Shown one piece after another: positions 8,223-16,187 of a DNA stretch of 32,000 nt. The stretch comes from an uncultured Chloroflexia bacterium (lineage in GTDB: Bacteria > Chloroflexota > Anaerolineae > Anaerolineales > Anaerolineaceae). The translations under genes were made by a program, and so were the position numbers. The notes beneath the pieces were generated by a model that saw only the letters and a program-made list of their open reading frames with translations, had not been told where the DNA came from and did not search any database. Every line of letters starts with the position of its first letter. Position 1 is the first letter of the stretch. Where the stretch lies: NCBI GenBank assembly GCA_963704755.1, contig OY969938.1, forward strand, positions 4,140,001 to 4,172,000. The letters run 5' to 3'.

Positions 8223-9980
8223 GTGTTCCGTCGATCTCTGCTCTGGCGCCTGGCTATCCCCTTTATTTTGTTAGTGCTGGTTACGATCGGTGGGGTGACC
8301 CTGTATTACTCTTCGTACATCCAGCAAATCTACCTGGATAATTTGCGGAATAACCTGCACACCCAGGCTAATCTGCTGGCCATCGATGCAGCGCCTTTGC
8401 TGGTGCAAGGCGCGCCTTATACTAGTTTGCAAAATCTGGCTGCCGAAGCCAACCTGGCGTCCGGGGCGCGCATCACCGTCATCCTTCCCGATGGACAGGT
8501 GGTGGCCGAATCCTCCACTGACCCGTCCGGGATGGAGAATCACTCGGACCGGCCGGAAGTGCAACAAGCCCTGACCGGGGAAGAAGGCGTGTCGATCCGC
8601 CTGAGCAATACCCTGCAAAGCCGCTATTACTACCTGGCCATCCCGGTGTACAGCGGCGGAAAAATCGTGGGAATCGTGCGGGTGTCCAACTCGTTGGCTG
8701 CGGTAGATGCCGACGTGTATTCATTGCAGCGCACGATTCTGACCAACGGCGTCATCGTCATCCTGCTGTTCATTATCGTTTCGTTTATCGTCGCCGAACT
8801 GGCGATCGCACCGTTACGCAACCTGGCCAACCAGGTAGCGCAGATCGGCAACGGCGGACCACCGCCCGACTTACATGTCAACCGCAAAGACGAAGTTGGC
8901 CGGCTGGGATTGGCGATCACCAATATCGCCCAGCAATTGAAAACCCAGATCGAGGATTATCGCGAAGAGCGCGGCAAGCTCGAGGCGGTATTGAATCATA
9001 TGACCGATGCGGTGCTGATCGTCGATTCGAAAGGCACCGTTGGGATGGTCAATCCGGCGGCCGAGCGCCTGTTCAAGATCCGCGCCAATGAGGCGTTGGG
9101 TAAATCTATGGTGGAAGTCGTACGCCAGCACCAGTTGGTCGATTTATGGCGCGAATCAACGGCTTCGGATAAGCAGCAGATTGTGACCATCGAGACGGCA
9201 CCCGACCGGCTGTTTGTCCAGGCGATTGCCACTCCCCTGGATAATGCTTTGACGGGCAGTTCCTTGCTGGTTTTCCAGGATTTGACCCGCGTCCGCAAAC
9301 TGGAAACCGTGCGGCGCGATTTCATCAGCAACGTCTCACACGAGCTGCGTACCCCGCTGGCCTCGCTCAAAGCGTTGACGGAGACGCTGCACGAAGGGGC
9401 GTTGGAAGATCCGCCAGCGGCACGGCGGTTCTTGACCCGCATGGATAACGAGATCGACAACATGACCCAGTTGGTCCGTGAGTTGTTGGAGCTTTCACGG
9501 ATCGAGTCAGGCCGGGCCCCGCTCAACCGCCAATCGATTTCACCACACAAACTGATCAACGGCGCCGTGGAGCGGATGCTGCTCCAGGCCGAACGGGCCG
9601 GCTTATCTTTAACTGCCCAGGCCAGCGAAGATCTGCCGATGGTGATGGCCGATGCGGAACGAATCGAGCAGGTGTTGGTCAATTTGATCCACAATGCGAT
9701 CAAGTTTACCCCGCCCAGTGGAAAGATCGAAGCGCGGGCATATCAAGATGGCAACCGGGTGGTTTTCGCCGTGCAGGATACCGGGGTGGGGATCGATGCG
9801 GATGCGCTTTCGCGCATTTTCGAGCGTTTTTATAAAGCGGACCAATCTCGTTCCGGCGGGGGCACCGGGTTGGGTCTGTCGATTGCGCGCCACACCATCG
9901 AGGCGCACAGCGGACGCATCTGGGTCGAAAGTGAAGTGAACCAGGGCAGTACGTTCTATTTCTCGTTGCCTTTATTCTAG
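8223..9980 (+). CDS. Sensor histidine kinase (TM - periplasmic domain - TM - HAMP - PAS - HisKA - HATPase_c), PhoR/PnpS-like
   Basis: GTG start 6 nt after the regulator stop. H-box FISNVSHELRTPLASL, N-box LVNLIHNAIKFT, G-boxes DTGVGI and GGTGLGLSI. The sensor domain contains HSDRPEVQQAL. Confidence 0.9.
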   Translation: MFRRSLLWRLAIPFILLVLVTIGGVTLYYSSYIQQIYLDNLRNNLHTQANLLAIDAAPLLVQGAPYTSLQNLAAEANLASGARITVILPDGQVVAESSTDPSGMENHSDRPEVQQALTGEEGVSIRLSNTLQSRYYYLAIPVYSGGKIVGIVRVSNSLAAVDADVYSLQRTILTNGVIVILLFIIVSFIVAELAIAPLRNLANQVAQIGNGGPPPDLHVNRKDEVGRLGLAITNIAQQLKTQIEDYREERGKLEAVLNHMTDAVLIVDSKGTVGMVNPAAERLFKIRANEALGKSMVEVVRQHQLVDLWRESTASDKQQIVTIETAPDRLFVQAIATPLDNALTGSSLLVFQDLTRVRKLETVRRDFISNVSHELRTPLASLKALTETLHEGALEDPPAARRFLTRMDNEIDNMTQLVRELLELSRIESGRAPLNRQSISPHKLINGAVERMLLQAERAGLSLTAQASEDLPMVMADAERIEQVLVNLIHNAIKFTPPSGKIEARAYQDGNRVVFAVQDTGVGIDADALSRIFERFYKADQSRSGGGTGLGLSIARHTIEAHSGRIWVESEVNQGSTFYFSLPLF

Positions 9981-10262
9981 ATTGGATTTTTTACGGGTGG
10001 GGTGATGATTCGCCGTTCAGATTGAGGCCGGCAGGGTGAAAAAATGGTCACCCCCTGGGTGAGCGGCAAAGTGATTTATGACGTATGGACAACGTGCATT
10101 TTGACCGTTTCGACGGGGTACGGTTCAGCCTACACTGTAGGTGATTACGGATAATCTATATTCCATTTGTGCAATTTTATAACTTATTCAATCTGGCGGG
10201 AACTTCTGGTATAAGCCTAAGTAGTTTCGGAATGATTTACCTTCTCAGGGAGGGAGGGCCGT

Positions 10263-11646
10263 ATGGATCAAAGTGTTGTCACTCTTTCTCAATGGCAATT
10301 TGCCATAACTTCGGTCTATCACTTTTTCTTCGTACCGCTTACGTTAGGTCTCTCGGTACTGGTAGCCATTATGGAGACCATCTACGTCAGCACCGGCAAC
10401 GAAGTCTACAAGCGGATGACCAAATTCTGGGGAAAGCTATTCATCATCAATTTTGCCATGGGGGTGGTGACGGGTATCGTTCAGGAATTCCAATTCGGGA
10501 TGAACTGGTCGGAATACTCCCGCTACGTGGGCGATATTTTCGGCGCACCGCTGGCTATCGAGGCTTTGCTGGCCTTCTTCCTTGAGTTCCACCTTCCTGG
10601 GATTATGGATCTTCGGTTGGGACCGCCTGGGGAAGCGGCTGCATTTGACAGCCATGTGGATGGTGGCCATTGGTTCGAATATCTCGGCCTTTTGGATCCT
10701 GGTGGCCAATTCGTTCATGCAATCCCCGGTCGGATATACCCAGGATGCCGGGCACCTGGTGATGACGAATTTCTCGGCCCTGCTGACCAACCCCTACGTG
10801 TGGGATGAATTTCCACACACCATTTTTTCTGGCCTTTCCACGGCCTCGTTCTTCATCCTGGGCATCAGCGCTTATCACCTGATCCGCAAGCACCATGAAA
10901 ACCTGTTCAAGCGCTCGTTCCAAATGGCCAGTGTAGCCGGTGTGTTGGCGGTGCTGCTGGTTATTCTGGTGGGGCATTCTCAAGCGCAGCGCATGGTGCA
11001 GGTTCAGCCAATGAAGATTGCCGCGGCCGAAGGATTGTTCGATACCGAGAACCCGGCCTCGTTCTCGCTGCTGACCATCGTCAACCAGAAGACGATGAGC
11101 GACATTATCTCGATCCGGATCCCGTACGCCTTGAGCTTGCTGGCTTATAACCGCCTGACCGGCGAGGTCAAAGGGATCAACGAGCTGCAAGCCGCGTACC
11201 AGGCTGAATATGGCCCGGGTAATTACGTGCCCAATATTACGGTGACGTACTGGTCCTTCCGCATCATGGTCGGCGCGGGCTTCTTGATGCTGCTGCTGGT
11301 GGCTTACGCCCTGTACCGGGTGATGCGCAACCAGTTGAAACCGAATATGAAATTCTTGAGTTTGTTCCCGCTCGCCATGGCGCTGCCTTACCTGGCGAAC
11401 ATATTCGGCTGGCTGTTGACCGAGATGGGCCGGCAACCCTGGGTGGTCTATGGCTTATTGCGTACCTCGGACGCGGTCTCGCCAAACCTGACGGCCGGGA
11501 TGGTGCTGACCAGCCTGATCGGGTTCACCCTGGTGTACGGCGCCTTGATGGCTGCCGATGTCTATCTGCTGGCCAAGAGCGCCCGCTCCGGGCCGGACCC
11601 TGAAACCGCTGCGGCGGAACTGATCGAAAAGAATGATTGGGAATAG
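10263..11646 (+). pseudogene. cydA: Cytochrome bd oxidase subunit I, reading frame broken by one extra nucleotide near 10587 (true pseudogene or sequence error)
   Basis: ORF 10263-10808 gives canonical CydA up to ...[14 protein letters not shown] and then becomes nonsense. The +1 frame from 10588 continues [50 protein letters not shown]... to the stop at 11646. Removing one T from gagTtcc restores ...FFLESTFLGLW..., the conserved CydA junction. The SD sequence GGGAGGGAGG lies before the ATG at 10263. Confidence 0.85.
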
Positions 11647-11655
11647 GAGGCTGTC

Positions 11656-12672
11656 ATGGATCTCAATACACTCTGGTTTATCCTGATCGCGGTTCTATTC
11701 ATCGGCTATTTCGTCCTGGAAGGTTTCGATCTGGGGGTTGGCATTCTGCTGCCCTTCCTGGGCAAAGACGATACCCAGCGGCGGATGATCATCAATACCA
11801 TCGGGCCGCACTGGGATGGCAATGAGGTCTGGCTGATCACGGCCGGCGGGGCTATGTTCGCGGCTTTCCCGGGCTGGTATGCTACCCTGTTCAGCGGGTT
11901 TTACCTGGCCCTGTTCCTGATGCTGATCGCGCTGATCTTTCGCGGGATTGCCCTGGAGTTCCGTTCCCGCGACGATAACCCGCTCTGGCGCAGCTTTTGG
12001 GATTGGGCCATTTGCATTGGCAGCCTCGTGCCGGCTTTGCTGTGGGGTGTGGCGTTTGCGAACTTCCTGCACGGTGTGCCGATCGATGCCAACCACATTT
12101 ATGTGGGCACCTTCTGGAATTTGATCAATGTATATGCCATTCTGGCCGGTTTGGTCACCCTGACCGGGTTCATTTTCAACGGGGCGATCTTCCTGACCCT
12201 CAAGGTGGGCGAGCCGGTGTTAAGTGCAGCCGAGAAAGCCGCCCGGGTTGTGTTCTATTTCACCGGTGCGGCCCTGATTGCCACCATTGTGGCGACTTAC
12301 TTCTTTACCGATATTATCGAAAAATTGGGTGTGAACCCCGGCCCGGTCCCGATCGGCGGGGTGCTGGCCCTGGCGGCCGTGGGCTGGCTGGTGTATCAGA
12401 AACGCTATGGCTGGGCTTACCTGCTCAACGTGCTGGGTGTGGTTTTGACCACCGCAACCGTCTTCATGATGCTGTATCCGCAGGTGCTGGTTTCCAGCCT
12501 GGACCCCACCTACAGCCTGACGATCTACAATGTCGCTTCCGGCCCGGTGACACTGCACACGATGTCGATCGTGGCCTTGATCTTCGTGCCGATCGTCCTG
12601 GTGTACCAGGGCTGGAGCTATTGGGTCTTCCGCAAACGCATCACGGGTAACCCGGAAGAGCTGCATTATTAG
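11656..12672 (+). CDS. cydB: Cytochrome bd oxidase subunit II
   Basis: 338 aa. MDLNTLWFILIAVLFIGYFVLEGFDLGVGILLPFLGKDDTQRRMIINTIGPHWDGNEVWLITAGGAMFAAFPGWYA is the canonical CydB N-terminus. AGGAGG lies upstream, and the gene starts 9 nt after the cydA stop. Confidence 0.9.
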   Translation: MDLNTLWFILIAVLFIGYFVLEGFDLGVGILLPFLGKDDTQRRMIINTIGPHWDGNEVWLITAGGAMFAAFPGWYATLFSGFYLALFLMLIALIFRGIALEFRSRDDNPLWRSFWDWAICIGSLVPALLWGVAFANFLHGVPIDANHIYVGTFWNLINVYAILAGLVTLTGFIFNGAIFLTLKVGEPVLSAAEKAARVVFYFTGAALIATIVATYFFTDIIEKLGVNPGPVPIGGVLALAAVGWLVYQKRYGWAYLLNVLGVVLTTATVFMMLYPQVLVSSLDPTYSLTIYNVASGPVTLHTMSIVALIFVPIVLVYQGWSYWVFRKRITGNPEELHY

Positions 12673-12691
12673 GATGAAAGAATCCCCCCAA

Positions 12692-12719
12692 CCCCCCTTG
12701 AAAAAGGGGGGTGTTTTTA
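12692..12719 (+). terminator. Rho-independent terminator after cydB
   Basis: 8-bp G/C stem cccccctt (12692-12699) / aagggggg (12704-12711) with a GAAA loop, followed by tgttttta. Confidence 0.75.
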
Positions 12720-12722
12720 TAA

Positions 12723-13090
12723 AGCTGTTAGCGGTTAGCTATTGGCAATTAGCCCGTAGGGTGGGTGGAGGGCTCGAAAATAACACAGACAAATCACCGG
12801 TTGGCGTCGTGATCCGGGCTTTGCCCGTAACCCACCGGGGGGTCGGTGCCGGCGACCGAGGTCGCGGCAACAAAAACGCGAAGCCCCACCTGCGTGGGGC
12901 TCAACCCGGCGTGGGCCACTTTTTGTGGCCCGGCTTTCGAAACCAAAGGATGTGTGTTGGGTTACGGGCTGAGCCTGGTAAAACAAAATGCCCTTCTGTG
13001 TGCCGGCGCCAGAATGGAGCCCGCAACCCAACCTACGAGCTAATTGCTAATCGCCAATAGCTAAAAGCTAAAAGCTAACTGCTAACAGCT
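12723..13090. mobile_element. ~370-bp non-coding MITE-like composite bounded by terminal inverted repeats and built from three short repeat modules (X, Y, Z)
   Basis: The left terminus agctgttagcggttagctattggcaattagc (12723-12753) is the imperfect reverse complement of gctaattgctaatcgccaatagcta...gctaactgctaacagct (13039-13090). Module X (about 12756-12836) recurs at about 15060-15138. Module Y (12851-12940) recurs at 14900-14985, with a fragment at 13105-13126. Module Z (12953-13036) belongs to the GTAGGTTGGGTT hairpin family seen at 5849-6030. No transposase is present. Confidence 0.6.
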
Positions 13091-13134
13091 CGCAGCCGGC
13101 TTTGGCCGCTTTTTGTGGCCCGGCTTATGAAAAC

Positions 13135-14100
13135 TTATGGGACAATAACGATCCGTTTTCCATGTTCCTTCAGGTCCCAAACTTTTTCAATGTCTTTCAG
13201 GGGATACTTTACAAGGTCTGCCCTTAATTGACCTTTTTTTATCATATCCCAGATAAGCTGGGCGCCTTCAGCCTGGGCCTGCGGTGGAGTCTGTGAAATC
13301 ATTCCGTAAATCTCAAGGCCTGAAGTCAACAGGCTTTGACCCGAGAGTTGTGCAGTCCATCCTGCCAATCCTCCGATCAGAACGAAACGGGTTCTTCTAC
13401 CTGGTACACCGATTGTAGTTGGAGTAAAGGTGTTGATGATCACTTCTGCCGGGTGGCCCCAGAGATAGTCGAGGATCACATCGTAGCCTTTTCCCGCCTC
13501 TTTTTTTATGGCTTTCGCTAATTCTTCATCCGGCTGGTTAAGGTTAATAAAAGCATCTGCGCCGAACTCCTTTAGCTTTTCTCCTGATTCCGGATTTCTT
13601 CCTGTTCCGATAATCCGTCCAGCGCCAAGATGCTTTGCAACCTGTACGGCAAGCATCCCTGAAACGCTTGTAGCGCCGTTAATCAATACCGTTTCACCCG
13701 ATTGGAGCTTTGCAACATATCTAAGCGGCCCGAGAGAACTCAATGCAGCGGATGGGATCACGGCTGCTTGCTCTGCGGTTATTCCTTCGGGAATTGGAGT
13801 GGCGGACGCCTTTGGTATCGCTACCCTTTCCGCCATAGAACCGTATGGGGGCTTTATCCCTCTAAAACTCACCAGGGTCCCATCTTCTAGAGAACCTATA
13901 CCACCGTAACCAACAACAGCCGGTAAAACTGGATAAAATTGTTTGCTGGCAAAGTGAATACCCGCTGAAAGCGCTTTGACAGCATAATCCAATATGACTG
14001 CCACTACCTTAACTGCAACATCACCGTCATTTAAAATGGGGTCAGGGAAATCTTCATACTTTGGGATATCTCCCAGGTTATTGATAACTGCTGCTTTCAT
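13135..14100 (-). CDS. Zinc-type/quinone oxidoreductase of the MDR superfamily (Qor-like)
   Basis: ORF 13135-14136. I prefer the ATG at 14100 (MKAAVINNLGD) because GAGGAGG lies 6 nt upstream. Nucleotide-binding motif: INGATSVSGMLAVQVAKHLGAGRIIGTGRN. GC content is visibly lower than in flanking host genes. Confidence 0.85.
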   Translation of the reverse strand: MKAAVINNLGDIPKYEDFPDPILNDGDVAVKVVAVILDYAVKALSAGIHFASKQFYPVLPAVVGYGGIGSLEDGTLVSFRGIKPPYGSMAERVAIPKASATPIPEGITAEQAAVIPSAALSSLGPLRYVAKLQSGETVLINGATSVSGMLAVQVAKHLGAGRIIGTGRNPESGEKLKEFGADAFINLNQPDEELAKAIKKEAGKGYDVILDYLWGHPAEVIINTFTPTTIGVPGRRTRFVLIGGLAGWTAQLSGQSLLTSGLEIYGMISQTPPQAQAEGAQLIWDMIKKGQLRADLVKYPLKDIEKVWDLKEHGKRIVIVP

Positions 14101-14172
14101 TTGAACCTCCTCGAGAAACTCGATAAATTCACTCAAATGTGTTAAAAATGAGACACCAACCTCCTGTATAAA

Positions 14173-14212
14173 CCGGAGATGTCTCCGGATTATTGTAATA
14201 GGAGAGTTCTCC
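14173..14212. promoter_or_regulatory. Two GGAGA-NN-TCTCC palindromes in the divergent qor/tetR intergenic region (candidate TetR operators)
   Basis: ccggagatgtctccgg (14173-14188) has 7-bp arms. ggagagttctcc (14201-14212) has 5-bp arms. Both share the same core and lie between the divergent starts at 14100 and 14261. Confidence 0.4.
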
Positions 14213-14260
14213 GTTTGTCAATGGTGATATAAATAATTTTTAGGGGCGGGAGTTGATATC

Positions 14261-14884
14261 GTGAAAGAATTGGAAGATGCCAATGCCAGGATTGAACGCC
14301 GCGATGCTGCAGAAAATCGTCAGCGAATATTGGATGCGGCGCAAAAACTTTTTGAGCAATACGGCGTTGAGCATACCAGTATGAATCAAATTGCGATCGA
14401 GGCACAAGTCGGTCCCGGGACCCTGTATCGCCGCTACAGGAATAAAAGCGAGTTATATTTTGATTTAAAAAAAGACAATATTGCTCAACTTTTCCATGAG
14501 ATCGAGAAATATTTGATAGACCACCAGGCCGATCCGCCTGATCGGCGATTGAAAGAAGTGCTCAGATTATTTATCTATTCTCGTGACAAAAATATCCAGT
14601 TATTGTCGGGATTTGAGGTCAGCACATTCGAAAAAAAACCGACTACCATCATGCAAACCCCGTTATACAATAAATTGTATGAAATTATCGTCAAATTATT
14701 CAGCGAGATGACTGCATGTGAACAGAACGAACCGAACAACGTGTTTAGGGCTGATATGTTGCTATATGCGTTATTAAAAGGTGACTCCTATCTATTTCAA
14801 AAGAATGTACGCGGTCATTCACCAGAATCGTTTTTGGAACAGCTTTGCCTGACATTTTTTCCGGTGTGCGTCGATACAGATTAG
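14261..14884 (+). CDS. TetR/AcrR-family transcriptional regulator
   Basis: GTG start. The N-terminal HTH reads RQRILDAAQKLFEQYGVEHTSMNQIAIEAQVGPGTLYRRYRNKSELYFDL. The gene is divergent from the oxidoreductase. Confidence 0.85.
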   Translation: MKELEDANARIERRDAAENRQRILDAAQKLFEQYGVEHTSMNQIAIEAQVGPGTLYRRYRNKSELYFDLKKDNIAQLFHEIEKYLIDHQADPPDRRLKEVLRLFIYSRDKNIQLLSGFEVSTFEKKPTTIMQTPLYNKLYEIIVKLFSEMTACEQNEPNNVFRADMLLYALLKGDSYLFQKNVRGHSPESFLEQLCLTFFPVCVDTD

Positions 14885-14899
14885 CAGTTAGCCGGCGTT

Positions 14900-14985
14900 G
14901 GCGACCGAGGTCGCAGCAACAAGTACTCGAAGCCCCACCTGCGTGGGTCTCAACCCGGCAGGGGGAGCTTTTTGTGGCCAAGCTT
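14900..14985. repeat. Module Y repeat, second copy, direct orientation relative to 12851-12940
   Basis: ggcgaccgaggtcgcAgcaacaa..cgaagccccacctgcgtgggTctcaacccggc...ctttttgtggcc aligns with 12851-12940. It contains two small hairpins (gcgacc/ggtcgc and ccccac/gtgggg). Confidence 0.75.
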
Positions 14986-15059
14986 CTTATAATTCACCAA
15001 ATTTCTCAATGAGCCCTCCACATATATTACATGTACAAAGCTAATTGCTAACATCTCGA

Positions 15060-15138
15060 AGCGTGGATGCAGGGCTCGAAAATAGCGCCGGCATATCACA
15101 AGTTGGAATTACCATCTGGATCTTGGCCGTAACCCACC
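15060..15138. repeat. Module X repeat, second copy (first copy about 12756-12836)
   Basis: Shared blocks gggctcgaaaata, atcac..gttgg and gccgtaacccacc occur in the same order. It is preceded by gctaattgctaac (15040-), which resembles the MITE terminus at 13039. Confidence 0.65.
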
Positions 15139-15276
15139 ATCTGGCGGGTAATCACCCGCATCCCGGTCTTCTTCGATCAGAAAGTAGTGGCGTTTCTAAT
15201 GGAGCGTTGAAAAGCAAGCTCAGTCGGGAGACCATCCCGAACGACAAGCGAGGAGACCACACAAATCAATTTTGAT

Positions 15277-16143
15277 TCATATCGATTTACATAGCTCAGA
15301 ATTAGTTTTTGCTAACCTATTTATCGCCATCAGATAGGTCTCATGTATTAGGTTTGGTTTATCTTTTTTTAAATTTCCGAGAGTAATATAATTATTTCCT
15401 GTAGTCATTTCAAGAGTTCCATCTGAGAGGATTTGCAGAAAATCAAAATATCGATCCTTCAATGACACCATTTTAAATTTTCTATTTGGAGCAGAAAAAA
15501 ATGATCTAATATTATAAGTAGATGAATAGAACAAAGAATCGCTTATTTCAAACAATTCTTTATTGTTTTTCGCCGCAACACCATGATCGCTACGAAATTG
15601 ATAGATTTTCCATTCTGATACCCCAGCATTAATAAGATAAGTTGCAATATTTTTCAAATCACCGTGATTGATTTTAGACACCACCGTAGTAGCTTTCAAA
15701 ATAATACCAGAATCCCGTAAGACCGAAAAAATATTATCCACTTTCTTAAAATGATCCTTTGGCCTTGACATTTGCATATTGATTTCTTCAGTTGAACCAT
15801 CCAAAGGGAGCGAAAGTCTATCTACCTTTGAACTTAATAAAAAAGCCAACCATTCTTTATCGATTAATGAACCATTGGTCATTACTGTTGTAAAAAGTTT
15901 GCTTTTAACTGAATATAAGATCGCTTCAGGAATCCAAGGAACAAGCAAAGGCTCCCCCGTAAATGTGATTCGATTAGCGCCTAATAAAATAAGTTTGTCG
16001 ATTATTTGTTTTGCTTCCTCAAAGGACGTAATATTGTCATCAGTTGAGTAACGATAACAATATTTGCATGCATAGTTGCATTTGCTTGTGACGTACCAAC
16101 AGACGTGGTTAGCGTGTATAGCAGAGGGTAATTGTTCAATCAT
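15277..16143 (-). CDS. Radical SAM enzyme, viperin-like (possible prokaryotic viperin, pVip)
   Basis: 288 aa with about 30-35% GC. CX3CX2C motif in VCWYVTSKCNYACKYCY. By eye it aligns along its length with human viperin as I remember it: FTRQCNYKCGFCFH / EEAK / INFSGGEPF vs ITFTGEPLL / SNGSLI vs TNGSLI / FKINSVIN vs LKATTVVSKIN / RWKVFQ vs EWKIYQ / MKDSYLILDEY vs LKDRYFDFLQI. There are no extra Cys clusters, so no SPASM domain. Confidence 0.8.
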   Translation of the reverse strand: MIEQLPSAIHANHVCWYVTSKCNYACKYCYRYSTDDNITSFEEAKQIIDKLILLGANRITFTGEPLLVPWIPEAILYSVKSKLFTTVMTNGSLIDKEWLAFLLSSKVDRLSLPLDGSTEEINMQMSRPKDHFKKVDNIFSVLRDSGIILKATTVVSKINHGDLKNIATYLINAGVSEWKIYQFRSDHGVAAKNNKELFEISDSLFYSSTYNIRSFFSAPNRKFKMVSLKDRYFDFLQILSDGTLEMTTGNNYITLGNLKKDKPNLIHETYLMAINRLAKTNSELCKSI

Positions 16144-16187
16144 CTTTCATTTCCAAATTTCAGACATTCGCCGATCTTAAAATAAAT

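Noticed and set aside
8996-9703. Long antisense ORFs inside well-supported genes (for example 8996-9703, 10603-11436, 18617-19381, 20347-21105, 23621-24322, 29493-30344, 2939-3586)
   Set aside because: Each lies opposite a gene with clear family motifs. Stop-poor antisense frames are expected at this GC content, and none shows recognisable motifs.
10167-10184. Possible Rex operator upstream of cydA (ttgtgcaattttataac)
   Set aside because: Only the TTGTG.AA half-site matches my recollection of the Rex consensus. The second half (TTCACAA) is absent.
10560-10620. Programmed +1 ribosomal frameshift in cydA
   Set aside because: There is no zero-frame stop or rare codon at the shift site and no slippery motif like the prfB CUU-UGA-C. 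The zero frame also stays open for another ~70 codons. Mutation or sequence error is the simpler explanation.
12674-13060. ORFs 12674-13060 (+), 12735-13031 (-), 12846-13043 (+), 14745-14981 (-) and 15045-15275 (+)
   Set aside because: All lie within the X/Y/Z repeat modules. The shared peptide fragments (HAGGAS..CC.DLGR) simply reflect repeated DNA read in one frame. They have no RBS and hairpin-rich sequence.
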